The notes beneath the pieces are model-generated. The model had not been told where the DNA came from, made no database searches, and saw only the letters and a program-made list of their open reading frames with translations. A stretch of 64,000 nt of DNA from Candidatus Woesearchaeota archaeon (lineage in GTDB: Archaea > Nanobdellota > Nanobdellia > Woesearchaeales > UBA525), in assembly GCA_028818155.1 (NCBI GenBank), contig JAPPOH010000006.1:16557-80556 (forward strand). The letters run 5' to 3'. The translations under genes and the position numbers were made by a program. Positions 51,010 through 60,204 of this stretch are shown piece after piece (position 1 is the stretch's first letter; each line of letters begins with the position of its first letter).

Positions 51010-52749
51010 TCACTTAATACTCGTATCGTTCGAGCGCTGTGCCCAGTAGTTCCACCACGTGAAGATTTTCAACTTAAAGCGATTCACGATCTTCGTGCCT
51101 TTCACGATGACTTTCTCTTTGTACATCGCTTCTTTCATCGTCATTCTGCCTGAGAGCACTGCATCCAATGTTTCAAAGGAGTCCACGTAGACTTTTGCTG
51201 TGTTTGGATGGATTTTTCCTGTGCCCGAGTCAAGAATCTTCTGATCATTAATCACAAGGTAGAACGTGTCTTCTTTCTCTGTGCCGTCTGCAACGAAAAT
51301 GTTTACCCTCGCTTCCTCAGTCATCTCTTTTGCAATACCACGAAGTTCTTCTCTCGCTTCAATCTTCTCGGCATCTGGTCTGATAATCGTGTCAACGAAT
51401 TTGTTCTTTAAAGCGGCAAAGACACTTCCTGAGTCTGGCCAGAACGCCATTTTTGTGAGTTCTGCCCCAGCATACCCTTTAATCCGCCACGCTGTGTGCG
51501 TTCTGTTGTTGGGGTTGTTGAATTTCTTGCGTAATTGTGTGAGTGTTGGGTGTGATTTCGGATCAGATGGAATGCCACCATGATCTCGATTCACAGTGTA
51601 GTGGCCATCCAAGCCATTGACTTTCGCGCCAGAAGCAGGTACGGTGCCATCTCCCTCTGTATTTGTGAGCTCGATCAAGAATACGACTGGCTTGTCTACT
51701 TCTGGTTTGTCTTCGATATTGAGCGCAAACCCATATGTTGTTTCTTGACCTGTGCCTTCAATCATATGGTACTCGAAATGATCGTAGGGCGTGAGTGTGT
51801 CACCGAGAATGTTCTTTTGAAAGTTGACAATCTTGCCCGTGTACTCTCTGTTTGGCAGTCCGTATCTGACTTTGTGCTTTGGATTTTTCAGTACTGCTTT
51901 GTATTCCATGTGGCTGATCCAGTCCTCTCCGAAGAGGAAGTCCATTGAGATATCATTGCCATCTTGATCGAACGCCTCAAACTCTGCTTGGATGAGCTGG
52001 TAGCCGGCTTCCCAGTTCGGCATGATCTCCCACATCTTCTCGTTTGAAAGTTTTTTATTGCCAAAATTGTAGCCTTGCGCGAACGCGTAGAATGGCTTTG
52101 GACTCCCTTGGTGCGGTGTGCCCATGAAGACGACGCCCGCGACGTTTTCAGCGTTTTTCGGATCTTTCAAGTATAACCTGGTGACAACGCCACCCATGCT
52201 GTGCGCGAAGAGGATCACTTTGTCTGATTTTGTTTCTTTCTTGACGTTCTTGACGAATTTCTCAAGGTCTTTCACCGTTTTTTCGTTGTCGAACCGCCAG
52301 TCGTACGCGAAATCATACAGTCGTTTTCCTGATGTGAGGTTCTCCTCGAGGCCATAGCCTTCGTTTGCCATGTAAATGAAGAAATCGCCATAGATGCCCA
52401 TTGCTTGGAGAAGCGATGTGTCCACGCCGTACTGAATGGACTTTGTTGCATGGATTTTTTCTCCTTTTCCTTTCTTGTCGAGTGCGAGTTTGTCGAAATT
52501 GCCGCCAGTTACACGCTGACCAACCCATCCTGGCCACGCGTTCTTCTTGCCCCACCAGAGTTCAGAGCCTGCAACGCCAGGGAGGAAGATGACTGGAGAA
52601 TGTTTTAGGTCCGTGACTTTGTATGTTCCTCTCGTGTCCTTGCCTTCTTTGTAGAGTGCACTCACAGGAGTAAGTAGCAGCAAGAATAGAATGCACCATG
52701 CGATCCCCCTCATAATAGAAGAAACTGGAAGACATTTAAAAGTCTTCAC
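51010..52749 (-). CDS. secreted alpha/beta hydrolase (LCAT/PGAP1-like lipase)
   Basis: 579 aa. N-terminal signal. Nucleophile elbow ILFAHSMGGVV. Confidence 0.65.
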   Translation of the reverse strand: MKTFKCLPVSSIMRGIAWCILFLLLLTPVSALYKEGKDTRGTYKVTDLKHSPVIFLPGVAGSELWWGKKNAWPGWVGQRVTGGNFDKLALDKKGKGEKIHATKSIQYGVDTSLLQAMGIYGDFFIYMANEGYGLEENLTSGKRLYDFAYDWRFDNEKTVKDLEKFVKNVKKETKSDKVILFAHSMGGVVTRLYLKDPKNAENVAGVVFMGTPHQGSPKPFYAFAQGYNFGNKKLSNEKMWEIMPNWEAGYQLIQAEFEAFDQDGNDISMDFLFGEDWISHMEYKAVLKNPKHKVRYGLPNREYTGKIVNFQKNILGDTLTPYDHFEYHMIEGTGQETTYGFALNIEDKPEVDKPVVFLIELTNTEGDGTVPASGAKVNGLDGHYTVNRDHGGIPSDPKSHPTLTQLRKKFNNPNNRTHTAWRIKGYAGAELTKMAFWPDSGSVFAALKNKFVDTIIRPDAEKIEAREELRGIAKEMTEEARVNIFVADGTEKEDTFYLVINDQKILDSGTGKIHPNTAKVYVDSFETLDAVLSGRMTMKEAMYKEKVIVKGTKIVNRFKLKIFTWWNYWAQRSNDTSIK

Positions 52750-52819
52750 AAAAAAAAGAAACTACTTATAAGTAATGAAAAAAAGAACATTTATAAGTGC
52801 TTCACCCTTCCCAACCCAA

Positions 52820-53347
52820 ATGGATCTCAGCACAGCAGCATGGGAAAAAATAGAGCGAATTTGTCTCGTTACCCCTGCAACATCACCCAATGGGCAATGC
52901 AGAACAGGCAGCTCCACCACATGGTCAAATCAATTCTCACTGTCAGATCCTTCTGCTGAAACACAAAAAATACTCAACATCATCAACACTCCTGAACGAG
53001 CAGCAGATCGCGAAAAAAAACACGGAAATACCAGCCTCGATTTACTCTACGCATATGCACTTGGCAAAGGAGGATCAATGAGGAGACACAGAGACGAATA
53101 CTGTAATGGAACTGGAAAAATGGTACCATACGCACTAACAGAAGTGTATCTCATGGGAACAACACCCATTGAAGGAGGAGATCTGGTTACGTTCGATGGA
53201 GAAACCAATAGAATAATAGATCGCTTTCAACCTGGAACCAGAACAGTTGCAATACTGACAGGAGAACAGCACGAAGTAGAAAAAATTAAGAAATTGCCAC
53301 AAGGAGTTCTACGATGTTCACTCGTTGCGGCATATAAAAGAAATTAG
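52820..53347 (+). CDS. hypothetical protein, possible 2OG-Fe(II) oxygenase fold
   Basis: ORF 52775..53347. The ATG at 52820 follows TATA catttataag. HRDE ... HEVE spacing hints at an HxD...H triad. Weak call. Confidence 0.35.
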   Translation: MDLSTAAWEKIERICLVTPATSPNGQCRTGSSTTWSNQFSLSDPSAETQKILNIINTPERAADREKKHGNTSLDLLYAYALGKGGSMRRHRDEYCNGTGKMVPYALTEVYLMGTTPIEGGDLVTFDGETNRIIDRFQPGTRTVAILTGEQHEVEKIKKLPQGVLRCSLVAAYKRN

Positions 53348-53604
53348 TACTTCGGATTCTTGCTCGCTTTGAACGTGAATGCCTTTCGCGCTGGGATTTT
53401 AATCTTCTTGCCCGTTGCTGGATTCACACCGTTGCGTGCTTTTCTCTTGACAACTTTGAACGTGCCAAAGCCTGCTAACTGCACTGGGGCTTTTTTGGAG
53501 CCCTTCGTCACGTGCTTCAACACGGCTTCCAGAGCGTGCGCACTGTCTGTCTTTGTGAGTCCTGTTTCTTTTGCTACTGCATCAACTAATTCTTGTTTGT
53601 TCAT
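53344..53604 (-). CDS. HU-family DNA-binding protein (bacterial type)
   Basis: 86 aa. MNKQELVDAVAKETGLTKTDSAHALEAVL...GFGTFKVVKRKARNGVNPATGKKIKIPA matches the HU/IHF fold signature. Confidence 0.88.
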   Translation of the reverse strand: MNKQELVDAVAKETGLTKTDSAHALEAVLKHVTKGSKKAPVQLAGFGTFKVVKRKARNGVNPATGKKIKIPARKAFTFKASKNPKY

Positions 53605-53679
53605 TGTTCCACCTCACTGTTGGAGTGCATACCCGGTAAGATCCCTTTTTAAAGGCTGTGGTGGTAAAGAATATAGCTT

Positions 53680-54054
53680 CTAGCGTTGTTGGAGCGTGAT
53701 CCCGATGGTTTTGAGCGCTTCCTTCGCGACGTCCATCTTCTCTTCTTTCACGAGAAAATGGTCTCGGGAGAATGCAGAGAGCGGCATGACACTCACACCT
53801 GCATCTCCGAGTGCCGTGCCGATAGCGCCGCAGATGCCTGTTGTGTTATGATCGAACGTGATGTCTAATGTCAAGAGTTTCCAGCCCTTTTCCACTTTGA
53901 GAGCGCCTGCAGGGATTTCTTCCTCTTTGCAAATGACTGTCGTTTCCGTATCATCCACGATTGTTGCGAATGCAATTATTGGTTTTTCTGTTGTGCACAT
54001 TGCATACAGGCCAGGCGAAGCGTACATTGTTGCGTTATCGAAGTTAGCTGCCAT
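53680..54054 (-). CDS. ACT-domain-like small protein
   Basis: ORF 53680..54141. The internal ATG at 54054 gives a short overlap with the upstream gene. GICGAIGTALGDAGVSVMPLSAFSRDHFLV resembles an ACT ligand-binding fold. Confidence 0.45.
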   Translation of the reverse strand: MAANFDNATMYASPGLYAMCTTEKPIIAFATIVDDTETTVICKEEEIPAGALKVEKGWKLLTLDITFDHNTTGICGAIGTALGDAGVSVMPLSAFSRDHFLVKEEKMDVAKEALKTIGITLQQR

Positions 54055-54385
54055 AGTATGAGCTCTTTTTGTAGCCGAGGTGGAGTCGTGTGTCATCATA
54101 GTATTTATGTCCAGCAAGGATAAAGAGTGTAAAGGCTCCATTTTGCTCTTTGATCAACACTGCACGTACAGCTGAGCCGATTTTTCTGAAGAAGACGTAC
54201 AGGTGTTTATGCTGCTTCTTTGGTGGTACGGAGCCAAGTTCTTTGTTGTCGTTGCATCGCTCGCACCACGCGAGGAGTTCTTCAATCATGCCTTCTTTCA
54301 GTTTCTTAACATATGTGTCGAATTCTTTATTGAATGTAAGCTGTGTTCCGAAAAGTTCATGTGCTCGTTTCTTTACGTCGTCCAT
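54044..54385 (-). CDS. hypothetical protein (possible RelE/ParE-like toxin fold)
   Basis: ORF 54044..54490. The ATG at 54385 (MDDVKKRAHELFG) overlaps the end of the nucleotidyltransferase gene. HLYVFFRKIG..RAVLIKEQNGAFTLFILAGHKYY looks toxin-like. Weak call. Confidence 0.35.
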   Translation of the reverse strand: MDDVKKRAHELFGTQLTFNKEFDTYVKKLKEGMIEELLAWCERCNDNKELGSVPPKKQHKHLYVFFRKIGSAVRAVLIKEQNGAFTLFILAGHKYYDDTRLHLGYKKSSYYGS

Positions 54386-55190
54386 AGATAAGCTCCTCGT
54401 ACGTTGCCTTGTATCGTCGTAGGTGTCGATTTGGTTTTGTATGTTGTATCGTTGCTGTAATTGTTTTGATGTAGGACTGAAGGTCAACATATAAGTATGT
54501 CTGTGAGAACAACGTGGAACAGAGCTCTTTCATATAGCAATCGAGCTCATTGGCTGTGCTTCGTCTTATGCAGTGCTCGAGTCTCTTTGGGTGGAGTAGT
54601 TTTCCTTTGCAGTGGAGGAAGTGCTGAAAGATGAATGTTCTGCGTGCATCTGTCTGGTGTTTTTGCATGTGCTCGATGATTGCTTCGTGATACATACTCA
54701 TGAGATCAGCGAGCTTCGGTTTCTTTTTTTCATATACACGTAGGAGTGGGAATGTAGAAACAGAGATGCGGGCGATGGATTGGAAAAGTGGTTGTCTGAG
54801 TTGTTTTTCTGTGAGGAAGATGATGTGATGGTTTCCTCGACGCTCTTCCTTGTAGCCTCGTTTTCTGAGGATAAAAATATCGATATCGTTGTAGTTCTTT
54901 GCGAAGAGGAATGAGCCACCAATGAAGACATTGTCGTATTGTTTGTACTGCTCGAGGATTTCTTGTGCTTGTTCATATCGCTTGATATGTTGTGCTCCTG
55001 TGATGAAGTAGTTTTGTCCTTCTATACACGCGAGTGCAGCAAGTTTTTTCTTGATTGACGTGTAATATGCTTTCTTTTCGGTTGCTGTTAGGCGTTTTTT
55101 CTGCAACGTTGCGAATTGTTTTGCAGTGAAGATTGCTGGGACGAAGAGATCCTTGTTTGCTTTAATAATATTTAATATTTTTTTATTCAT
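54357..55190 (-). CDS. Pol-beta superfamily nucleotidyltransferase
   Basis: 277 aa. IGGSFLFAKNYNDIDIFIL fits the GS...DxD signature. Confidence 0.55.
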   Translation of the reverse strand: MNKKILNIIKANKDLFVPAIFTAKQFATLQKKRLTATEKKAYYTSIKKKLAALACIEGQNYFITGAQHIKRYEQAQEILEQYKQYDNVFIGGSFLFAKNYNDIDIFILRKRGYKEERRGNHHIIFLTEKQLRQPLFQSIARISVSTFPLLRVYEKKKPKLADLMSMYHEAIIEHMQKHQTDARRTFIFQHFLHCKGKLLHPKRLEHCIRRSTANELDCYMKELCSTLFSQTYLYVDLQSYIKTITATIQHTKPNRHLRRYKATYEELIYGRRKETST

Positions 55191-55345
55191 ACTACCTTAA
55201 AAGGTATTTTATTTATAAAGATTTCTTTTTATCAAGAAAAATATTTAAGAAAAATTCTCTTTAAACTCAAATTCCCTGGACACCGCTTGCCGAATATCGT
55301 TGACGCTTCGGATAGACTTTTAAAGTCCATTTACCTTCTCCTACA

Positions 55346-55906
55346 ATGCTCACCACACAAGCTGCGCTCACAACACTTGAACCGCTCGCAGTCTTTGTCG
55401 CGTGCATGGTTGTGTACGCTGTCTTCATCTTCAAATTCTATCGTTTCATCGCGAAAAAGGATATTTTCAAGCATGATTTCAAGAACCCCGCGCACGGCTT
55501 CTTCAAGAAAGTGGTTGGTTTCTTCCTCTATGTCTTCAAGTATATCATCGCATTCCCCGTGCTGGTGTTCTTCTGGTACTTGGTCTTGACAGTCCTCTTG
55601 AGCTTCCTCTCGAAGGGGAGCGATGTCAACCTTCTCCTCATGACAACCATGGGCCTTGTGAGTGCAGTCAGGGTGACTGCGTACTACCGTGAGGATTTAT
55701 CGAAGGATCTCGCAAAGATGTTGCCGTTCGCACTCCTGGGCGTCTTCCTAGTTGACATCTCCTACTTTAACTTAGAGGAATCCGTTGCGATGCTCAAAGG
55801 CATCCCTGCAGCATGGGAGACGATTCTCTACTACCTTGGCTTTGTTATATTGCTCGAATTCATCCTTCGAATATTCTCGCCACTCTTCAAGAAAAAGAAG
55901 TCATGA
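55346..55906 (+). CDS. membrane protein
   Basis: 186 aa with five to six hydrophobic helices. BRE/TATA GGATAGACTTTTAAAG about 28 nt upstream. Confidence 0.55.
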   Translation: MLTTQAALTTLEPLAVFVACMVVYAVFIFKFYRFIAKKDIFKHDFKNPAHGFFKKVVGFFLYVFKYIIAFPVLVFFWYLVLTVLLSFLSKGSDVNLLLMTTMGLVSAVRVTAYYREDLSKDLAKMLPFALLGVFLVDISYFNLEESVAMLKGIPAAWETILYYLGFVILLEFILRIFSPLFKKKKS

Positions 55907-56251
55907 GTGCCACGCAGGAAAGCCCGCATACATATTGTACACTTCTTGGAAACCAAGGTCATGCATCTGTTCGAGCGTCTTTCCGCTTCTCTTGCCGCTG
56001 CCACAGTAAATGAGATATGGTGTCTTCCTATCTAGCTGGTCAAGTTGTGCAGCAAAGTCTGCAGCGTAAAAATCAAGTTGTATCGCACCAGCAATATGTC
56101 CTGCTGTAAACTCTTCGTCTGTCCGCACATCAAGAACCACCATATCAGGACGCGCAACTAAGGTAGTTGCTTCTTCAACCGTCACATTCTCCGCGATGGG
56201 TGCACTGAATGTGCAGCCTGATAGTAAGACAAGGACGAGGATTCGTATCAT
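55901..56251 (-). CDS. rhodanese-domain sulfurtransferase, lipoprotein-type signal
   Basis: 116 aa. MIRILVLVLLSGC signal. Active-site loop YCGSGKRS. Confidence 0.8.
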   Translation of the reverse strand: MIRILVLVLLSGCTFSAPIAENVTVEEATTLVARPDMVVLDVRTDEEFTAGHIAGAIQLDFYAADFAAQLDQLDRKTPYLIYCGSGKRSGKTLEQMHDLGFQEVYNMYAGFPAWHS

Positions 56252-56610
56252 TTTCCCAGTTTGAGCAATCGTGGCTTCACTTGTTCAGGGTAGCCATGAC
56301 AGTCTGAGCAGGATTTTTCCGGTGGGCAGTACGTGACTCCTTTATGTTTCACAGACCACGCAACGAGTGGCTCGAACGCCTCTAAGAGGTCATGTCCTGC
56401 TCGCGTTAATTGGTATGTTTCCTTTCCTTTCACAAGTTTTTCCTGCTGCAGCAGTTGCAATTCTTTTGACAGGACTCTGTTTGTGATAACATGCAGCTCC
56501 TTCTTAATGTGGTTAAAAGAGAGCGGGTGTCTGAGCGATCTGAGTACTAAGTAACTCCATTTTCTCGAGAGAATACGTAACGGATAGAGCCGTGGACAGA
56601 TGCGCACCAT
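56248..56610 (-). CDS. HxlR-family transcriptional regulator
   Basis: 120 aa. CPRLYPLRILSRKWSYLVLRSL and ITNRVLSKELQLLQQEKLV. Confidence 0.75.
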   Translation of the reverse strand: MVRICPRLYPLRILSRKWSYLVLRSLRHPLSFNHIKKELHVITNRVLSKELQLLQQEKLVKGKETYQLTRAGHDLLEAFEPLVAWSVKHKGVTYCPPEKSCSDCHGYPEQVKPRLLKLGK

Positions 56611-56675
56611 GGTAACCCCTAGGATACCTGCCAGTTATATAGTTCTTTCGCTCACATGTTCCTGAGGTGATCGAG

Positions 56676-57107
56676 ATGACAGGACTTCAAGCATGGGAAG
56701 ACACACATCGAATGGCGGAAACGCTCTTTGATCGAATCTTTTCGCAGCAAGGACTTTTGCCTCGAGACACCTTCCATCCTCACGTACGCGAACCGCTCGT
56801 GGACATAGAGGAAAAGAAGAATGCATTCGTGACAACAATCGAGATGCCAGGCATGGATGCTGATAGCATCGAAGTCAGCACGGATGACAGAAGCATGGAG
56901 GTGCGAGCAGAACGTGAGAAAGAAAAAACAGCAAAGAAGAAAGGCATGTACCGGCAGGAGCGACGGTATACAGGCTTCTACCGGTACATGACACTTCCAC
57001 AAGGAGCTGACGGAAGTAAAGCGGCTGCAAAGTACAAGAAAGGGCTCCTTACCATTACGCTGCCGAAACGAAAACTGCTCAAAACAAAAAAAGTCAAGGT
57101 AACCTAA
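56676..57107 (+). CDS. small heat-shock protein (Hsp20/alpha-crystallin)
   Basis: ATG at 56676 preceded by a perfect SD GAGGTGATC. FVTTIEMPGMDADSIEV ... GFYRYMTLPQGAD...AKYKKGLLTITLPK. Confidence 0.88.
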   Translation: MTGLQAWEDTHRMAETLFDRIFSQQGLLPRDTFHPHVREPLVDIEEKKNAFVTTIEMPGMDADSIEVSTDDRSMEVRAEREKEKTAKKKGMYRQERRYTGFYRYMTLPQGADGSKAAAKYKKGLLTITLPKRKLLKTKKVKVT

Positions 57108-57108
57108 A

Positions 57109-57627
57109 ATGGCACCAACAAAGCAAAGTGCGGCTACGAAAATCAAGAAGCCGCAACGTGGGCGTGCGCGACCAGGTACACAGGGTGGGGGCGCGTACTT
57201 CCACATCATCGTTCGGCCAAAAAGACAGTTCACGTCGTTCCGGACACAGGACATAGGACGTGAGGGGCACACGCAGCGTGTCGCAGGACAACGCTCTGGT
57301 GGTTCATGGGCAACGCACAAGTGGCTCATCAGCAAACACGACACACGTGTTGTGAACAACACGCTCGTCGCTGATGATCCGAGCGTGCGTGCAATCCTTG
57401 ACACGCTGCAAACAACCCCCGTCTGGCACAAGGGAGATGTCTTCACAGCACGACCAAGAAAGAATGTGCCTGAACGGGTAAAACCAACGGAAGCACAACT
57501 ACAAGCATGGAGAGAAAATATCAAAAAAGCACAAGCTGCGAGGTGGAAAACATGGGCTGGCAAGAAACGTACGAGGACTATGCAAGAAAGTGGGCACGAC
57601 AAGGTAGTGCACAACCACATTTCTTAG
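57109..57627 (+). CDS. hypothetical basic protein
   Basis: 172 aa. Starts 2 nt after the hsp20 stop. No family recognised. Confidence 0.5.
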   Translation: MAPTKQSAATKIKKPQRGRARPGTQGGGAYFHIIVRPKRQFTSFRTQDIGREGHTQRVAGQRSGGSWATHKWLISKHDTRVVNNTLVADDPSVRAILDTLQTTPVWHKGDVFTARPRKNVPERVKPTEAQLQAWRENIKKAQAARWKTWAGKKRTRTMQESGHDKVVHNHIS

Positions 57628-57719
57628 CAAGTGAGTATGATTGGCAACGAAATAGGTGGCGCCACATTCACGCACAGATGCATCCATGGTATAGAGCAGA
57701 AGCATGAGAGGTGATACAT

Positions 57720-58052
57720 ATGCAACAACACAATAGTATTCATTACACAGGGCTCAACGATCTCAATCTCATGATGCAAGAGCGTGTGAAACGTCTCGTG
57801 AACGAACACACGCCGAAATTGCGCGTGCACAATACGTTTTCCTTGGATGTCCATATTGCACAGCACAGCCCATCTGGGAAACGCCATAAATATGTCGTGC
57901 ACATGCGATTATCCTATCCTGGCGGGACTATCAGCACTGACAAAGTGCACGGCTGGGATATCTTGCAAGCAGTCCGTCATGCCTTAAAGAACATGGAGCT
58001 TCTTGTGACAAAACGATTCCAAAGGAAATATAAGCCTGCAGTACCGGTGTAA
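57720..58052 (+). CDS. ribosome hibernation factor-like protein (HPF/RaiA family, tentative)
   Basis: ATG at 57720 preceded by SD AGGTGAT. The pattern IHYTG.N.L...M.ERV.RLV......L......L.V.I.........K..V.M.L..PGG.I........D...AV..AL..ME..V.K resembles the S30AE fold. Confidence 0.4.
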   Translation: MQQHNSIHYTGLNDLNLMMQERVKRLVNEHTPKLRVHNTFSLDVHIAQHSPSGKRHKYVVHMRLSYPGGTISTDKVHGWDILQAVRHALKNMELLVTKRFQRKYKPAVPV

Positions 58053-58057
58053 GAAGG

Positions 58058-59029
58058 ATGAAGTACACGTTACTGTTGCTCGTATTGCTCGTGCCGAGTG
58101 CGCTCGCGCACGTCGGGTACGTTGTTGAGAAGGATGTGATCGCAGCGAATACTGGGCCTGATTTCATGTATTTGCTCAATGCGCTCACACCAGGGAATGC
58201 TGCGCTTATCCTGATAACACTTATTCTTGTGGGCGTCATCTATTACATGATCGAGCACAGTCGTTTTGCGCTCAAAGAGCTTGGCTATATTCAGAAAGAA
58301 GCAAATACATATCATGAATATATTCCTTGGATTTCCCGACTTGGCCTCGGTATTGCACTCATTGGTGCGGGTTCCGCTGATGTCTTTCTTTCTCCGAGCG
58401 TTGCTGCAATTGGCCACCTTGGCACGCTGCAGATTGTGCTCGGGTTCTTTCTCCTTGCAGGATTCTTGACAGGTCCTGTGGCCTGGATCACTGTCTTTTT
58501 GTACTGCTTCGGGGTCTTCTCGCACCCGTATCTGCTCGGCAACCTTGATTTTGTCGGCTTGTGCTTCGCGATTATCATACTTGGGGAGAGTAAGCCTGGC
58601 GTTGATGATCTGGTTGGGCTTCCATTCACTGTTCCGTTACACAAGCTCAAGGCGTACGTGCCACTCATACTCCGCTGCGGCATCGGGATTGCAATGACCT
58701 CACTCGCACTGTACGAGAAACTCTTGAATCCGCACCTCTCACGCTTGGTAGTTGAGCAATACAACTTGACGAGTGCAATTCCCGTCAGTGCTGAAATGTG
58801 GGTCCTTTCCGCTGGCCTTATTGAATTCGCTGTCGGCCTCGCACTCTTACTTGGCTTCAGAACACGCGTGTTTGCTGCTATAGCATTTATTGTGTTGAGC
58901 GCGAGCTTCTTCTACTTTAGCGAGGCTGTCTACTCACACATCACACTCTTTGCAACATTATCCGCTGTGTTCATCACGGGCGGTGGCGCGTGGAGCCTTG
59001 ACCGCTTGTTCAAGTGGGAAAAAGCTTAA
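58058..59029 (+). CDS. polytopic membrane protein (DoxX-like C-terminal region)
   Basis: 323 aa with a signal-like N-terminus and eight or more hydrophobic helices. Confidence 0.55.
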   Translation: MKYTLLLLVLLVPSALAHVGYVVEKDVIAANTGPDFMYLLNALTPGNAALILITLILVGVIYYMIEHSRFALKELGYIQKEANTYHEYIPWISRLGLGIALIGAGSADVFLSPSVAAIGHLGTLQIVLGFFLLAGFLTGPVAWITVFLYCFGVFSHPYLLGNLDFVGLCFAIIILGESKPGVDDLVGLPFTVPLHKLKAYVPLILRCGIGIAMTSLALYEKLLNPHLSRLVVEQYNLTSAIPVSAEMWVLSAGLIEFAVGLALLLGFRTRVFAAIAFIVLSASFFYFSEAVYSHITLFATLSAVFITGGGAWSLDRLFKWEKA

Positions 59030-59063
59030 AACGATCTCTCTTTTTCTCCTCTATGGTGATAGA

Positions 59064-59450
59064 ATGGATTTCAAAAACAAGTGGTTAGTGGGTACTCTCA
59101 GAAGCCTTGCAGGACTTATGCTGATTGTCTTTGGCTTGAATGGCTTCTTGCACTTCATGCCGATGCCCGAAATGGCAGGACAAGCAGGCGTCTTGATGGG
59201 TGCGCTCTTCAGTACACCGTATATGTTGTGGATGATTAAAGGTTTAGAGATTGTTGTTGGCGTCATGTACCTTTTGGATAGATGGACTGCGTTTGCAAAT
59301 TTACTCTTAGCTCCATTGAGTGTTAACTTTGTCGCGTTCCATGCAGTATACGCTTTATCCGGCATTGGCGGGGGCTTGTTTATCTTCCTCGTGAACCTCT
59401 ACCTCGGATGGGTCCACTGGGACAAGTATAAAGCGATTTTTAGAAACTAG
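59064..59450 (+). CDS. four-helix membrane protein
   Basis: ORF 58950..59450. ATG at 59064 (MDFKNKWLVGTL). Confidence 0.5.
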   Translation: MDFKNKWLVGTLRSLAGLMLIVFGLNGFLHFMPMPEMAGQAGVLMGALFSTPYMLWMIKGLEIVVGVMYLLDRWTAFANLLLAPLSVNFVAFHAVYALSGIGGGLFIFLVNLYLGWVHWDKYKAIFRN

Positions 59451-59769
59451 GTCCTTTTTTTTCTTTCTGTATCGCCCATGCCGTCCAACCAAACATAATG
59501 GATAGGACGATGAATGGGATTGATAAATCGATCAGGTACCATTTCCTGAGTGTACGCATAGCACGATCAATATTCTCTTCAGTGGTTAGCTCAGGAAGAT
59601 AGATCATATGGTTCATGTACTCGTCAGGTTTGAACATGTCTTTCACTTGCTCTTCTTTCACGAAAACCCGAAGCATCGTCTCTGTGTCAATGTACGCAAT
59701 GTACGCGAAACTTGCGACGAAGAGCCATGTTGCAGCGAAGCACATGAATATGCGCCAGTAGACATGCAT
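59440..59769 (-). CDS. small membrane protein
   Basis: 109 aa with two hydrophobic helices. Confidence 0.45.
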   Translation of the reverse strand: MHVYWRIFMCFAATWLFVASFAYIAYIDTETMLRVFVKEEQVKDMFKPDEYMNHMIYLPELTTEENIDRAMRTLRKWYLIDLSIPFIVLSIMFGWTAWAIQKEKKGPSF

Positions 59770-59820
59770 AGTAGTCTAGTGGTTGAGAAATTTATAGTGT
59801 TTCTGTGTGTACATAACCAG

Positions 59821-60204
59821 CTACTCCATCGTCTTCCCGAAGAGCGGGAGTTGCGTTCTTCGCAAGTGAATCACGATGGCACTGCAGATGAGTGTTGCGA
59901 CAGCCATGAGGAATAGTGGTCCGTGTTGCCCTGTGACACCGAGAATAGAAACGTGGCCGATGATCGCGCCGACCATGACGCCGAATGCGAGAACAGCGCC
60001 GAGGACTGCCCTGGGGGTGAGGAGCAGAATTCCTGCTATCAATTCGAGAATGCCGATGAGGATTCTTCCCCATGGCTCCATGCCGAGTGCAGTGAAGATT
60101 TCGACAGACATCGGGTCTGCTGTGAACTTGAATCTGAGTGTTTGTAAGAGAATCACTGCTGGGATGATCTGGAAAATCCACGTAATGATGGTCTTAACGT
60201 TCAT
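59821..60204 (-). CDS. DoxX-family membrane protein
   Basis: ORF 59821..60270. The ATG at 60204 (MNVKTIITWIFQIIPA) overlaps the upstream stop by 4 nt. GILELIAGILLL motif. Confidence 0.6.
   Translation of the reverse strand: MNVKTIITWIFQIIPAVILLQTLRFKFTADPMSVEIFTALGMEPWGRILIGILELIAGILLLTPRAVLGAVLAFGVMVGAIIGHVSILGVTGQHGPLFLMAVATLICSAIVIHLRRTQLPLFGKTME

Noticed and set aside
55274-55325. Possible seventh box instance, CCCTGGACACCG, upstream of GGATAGACTTTTAAAG at the 55346 membrane-gene promoter
   Set aside because: The box lacks the A of CCACTGG and lies about 44 nt, not 23-26 nt, from the TATA. The GATAGACTTTTAAAG similarity to site a looks like generic BRE/TATA consensus.
56652-57620. 322-aa ORF on the minus strand opposite hsp20 and the following gene
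   Set aside because: It is Cys-, Arg- and Ser-rich with no recognisable domain. It is fully antisense to two plus-strand genes that have strong Shine-Dalgarno sites and clear family motifs. It looks like a typical shadow ORF.
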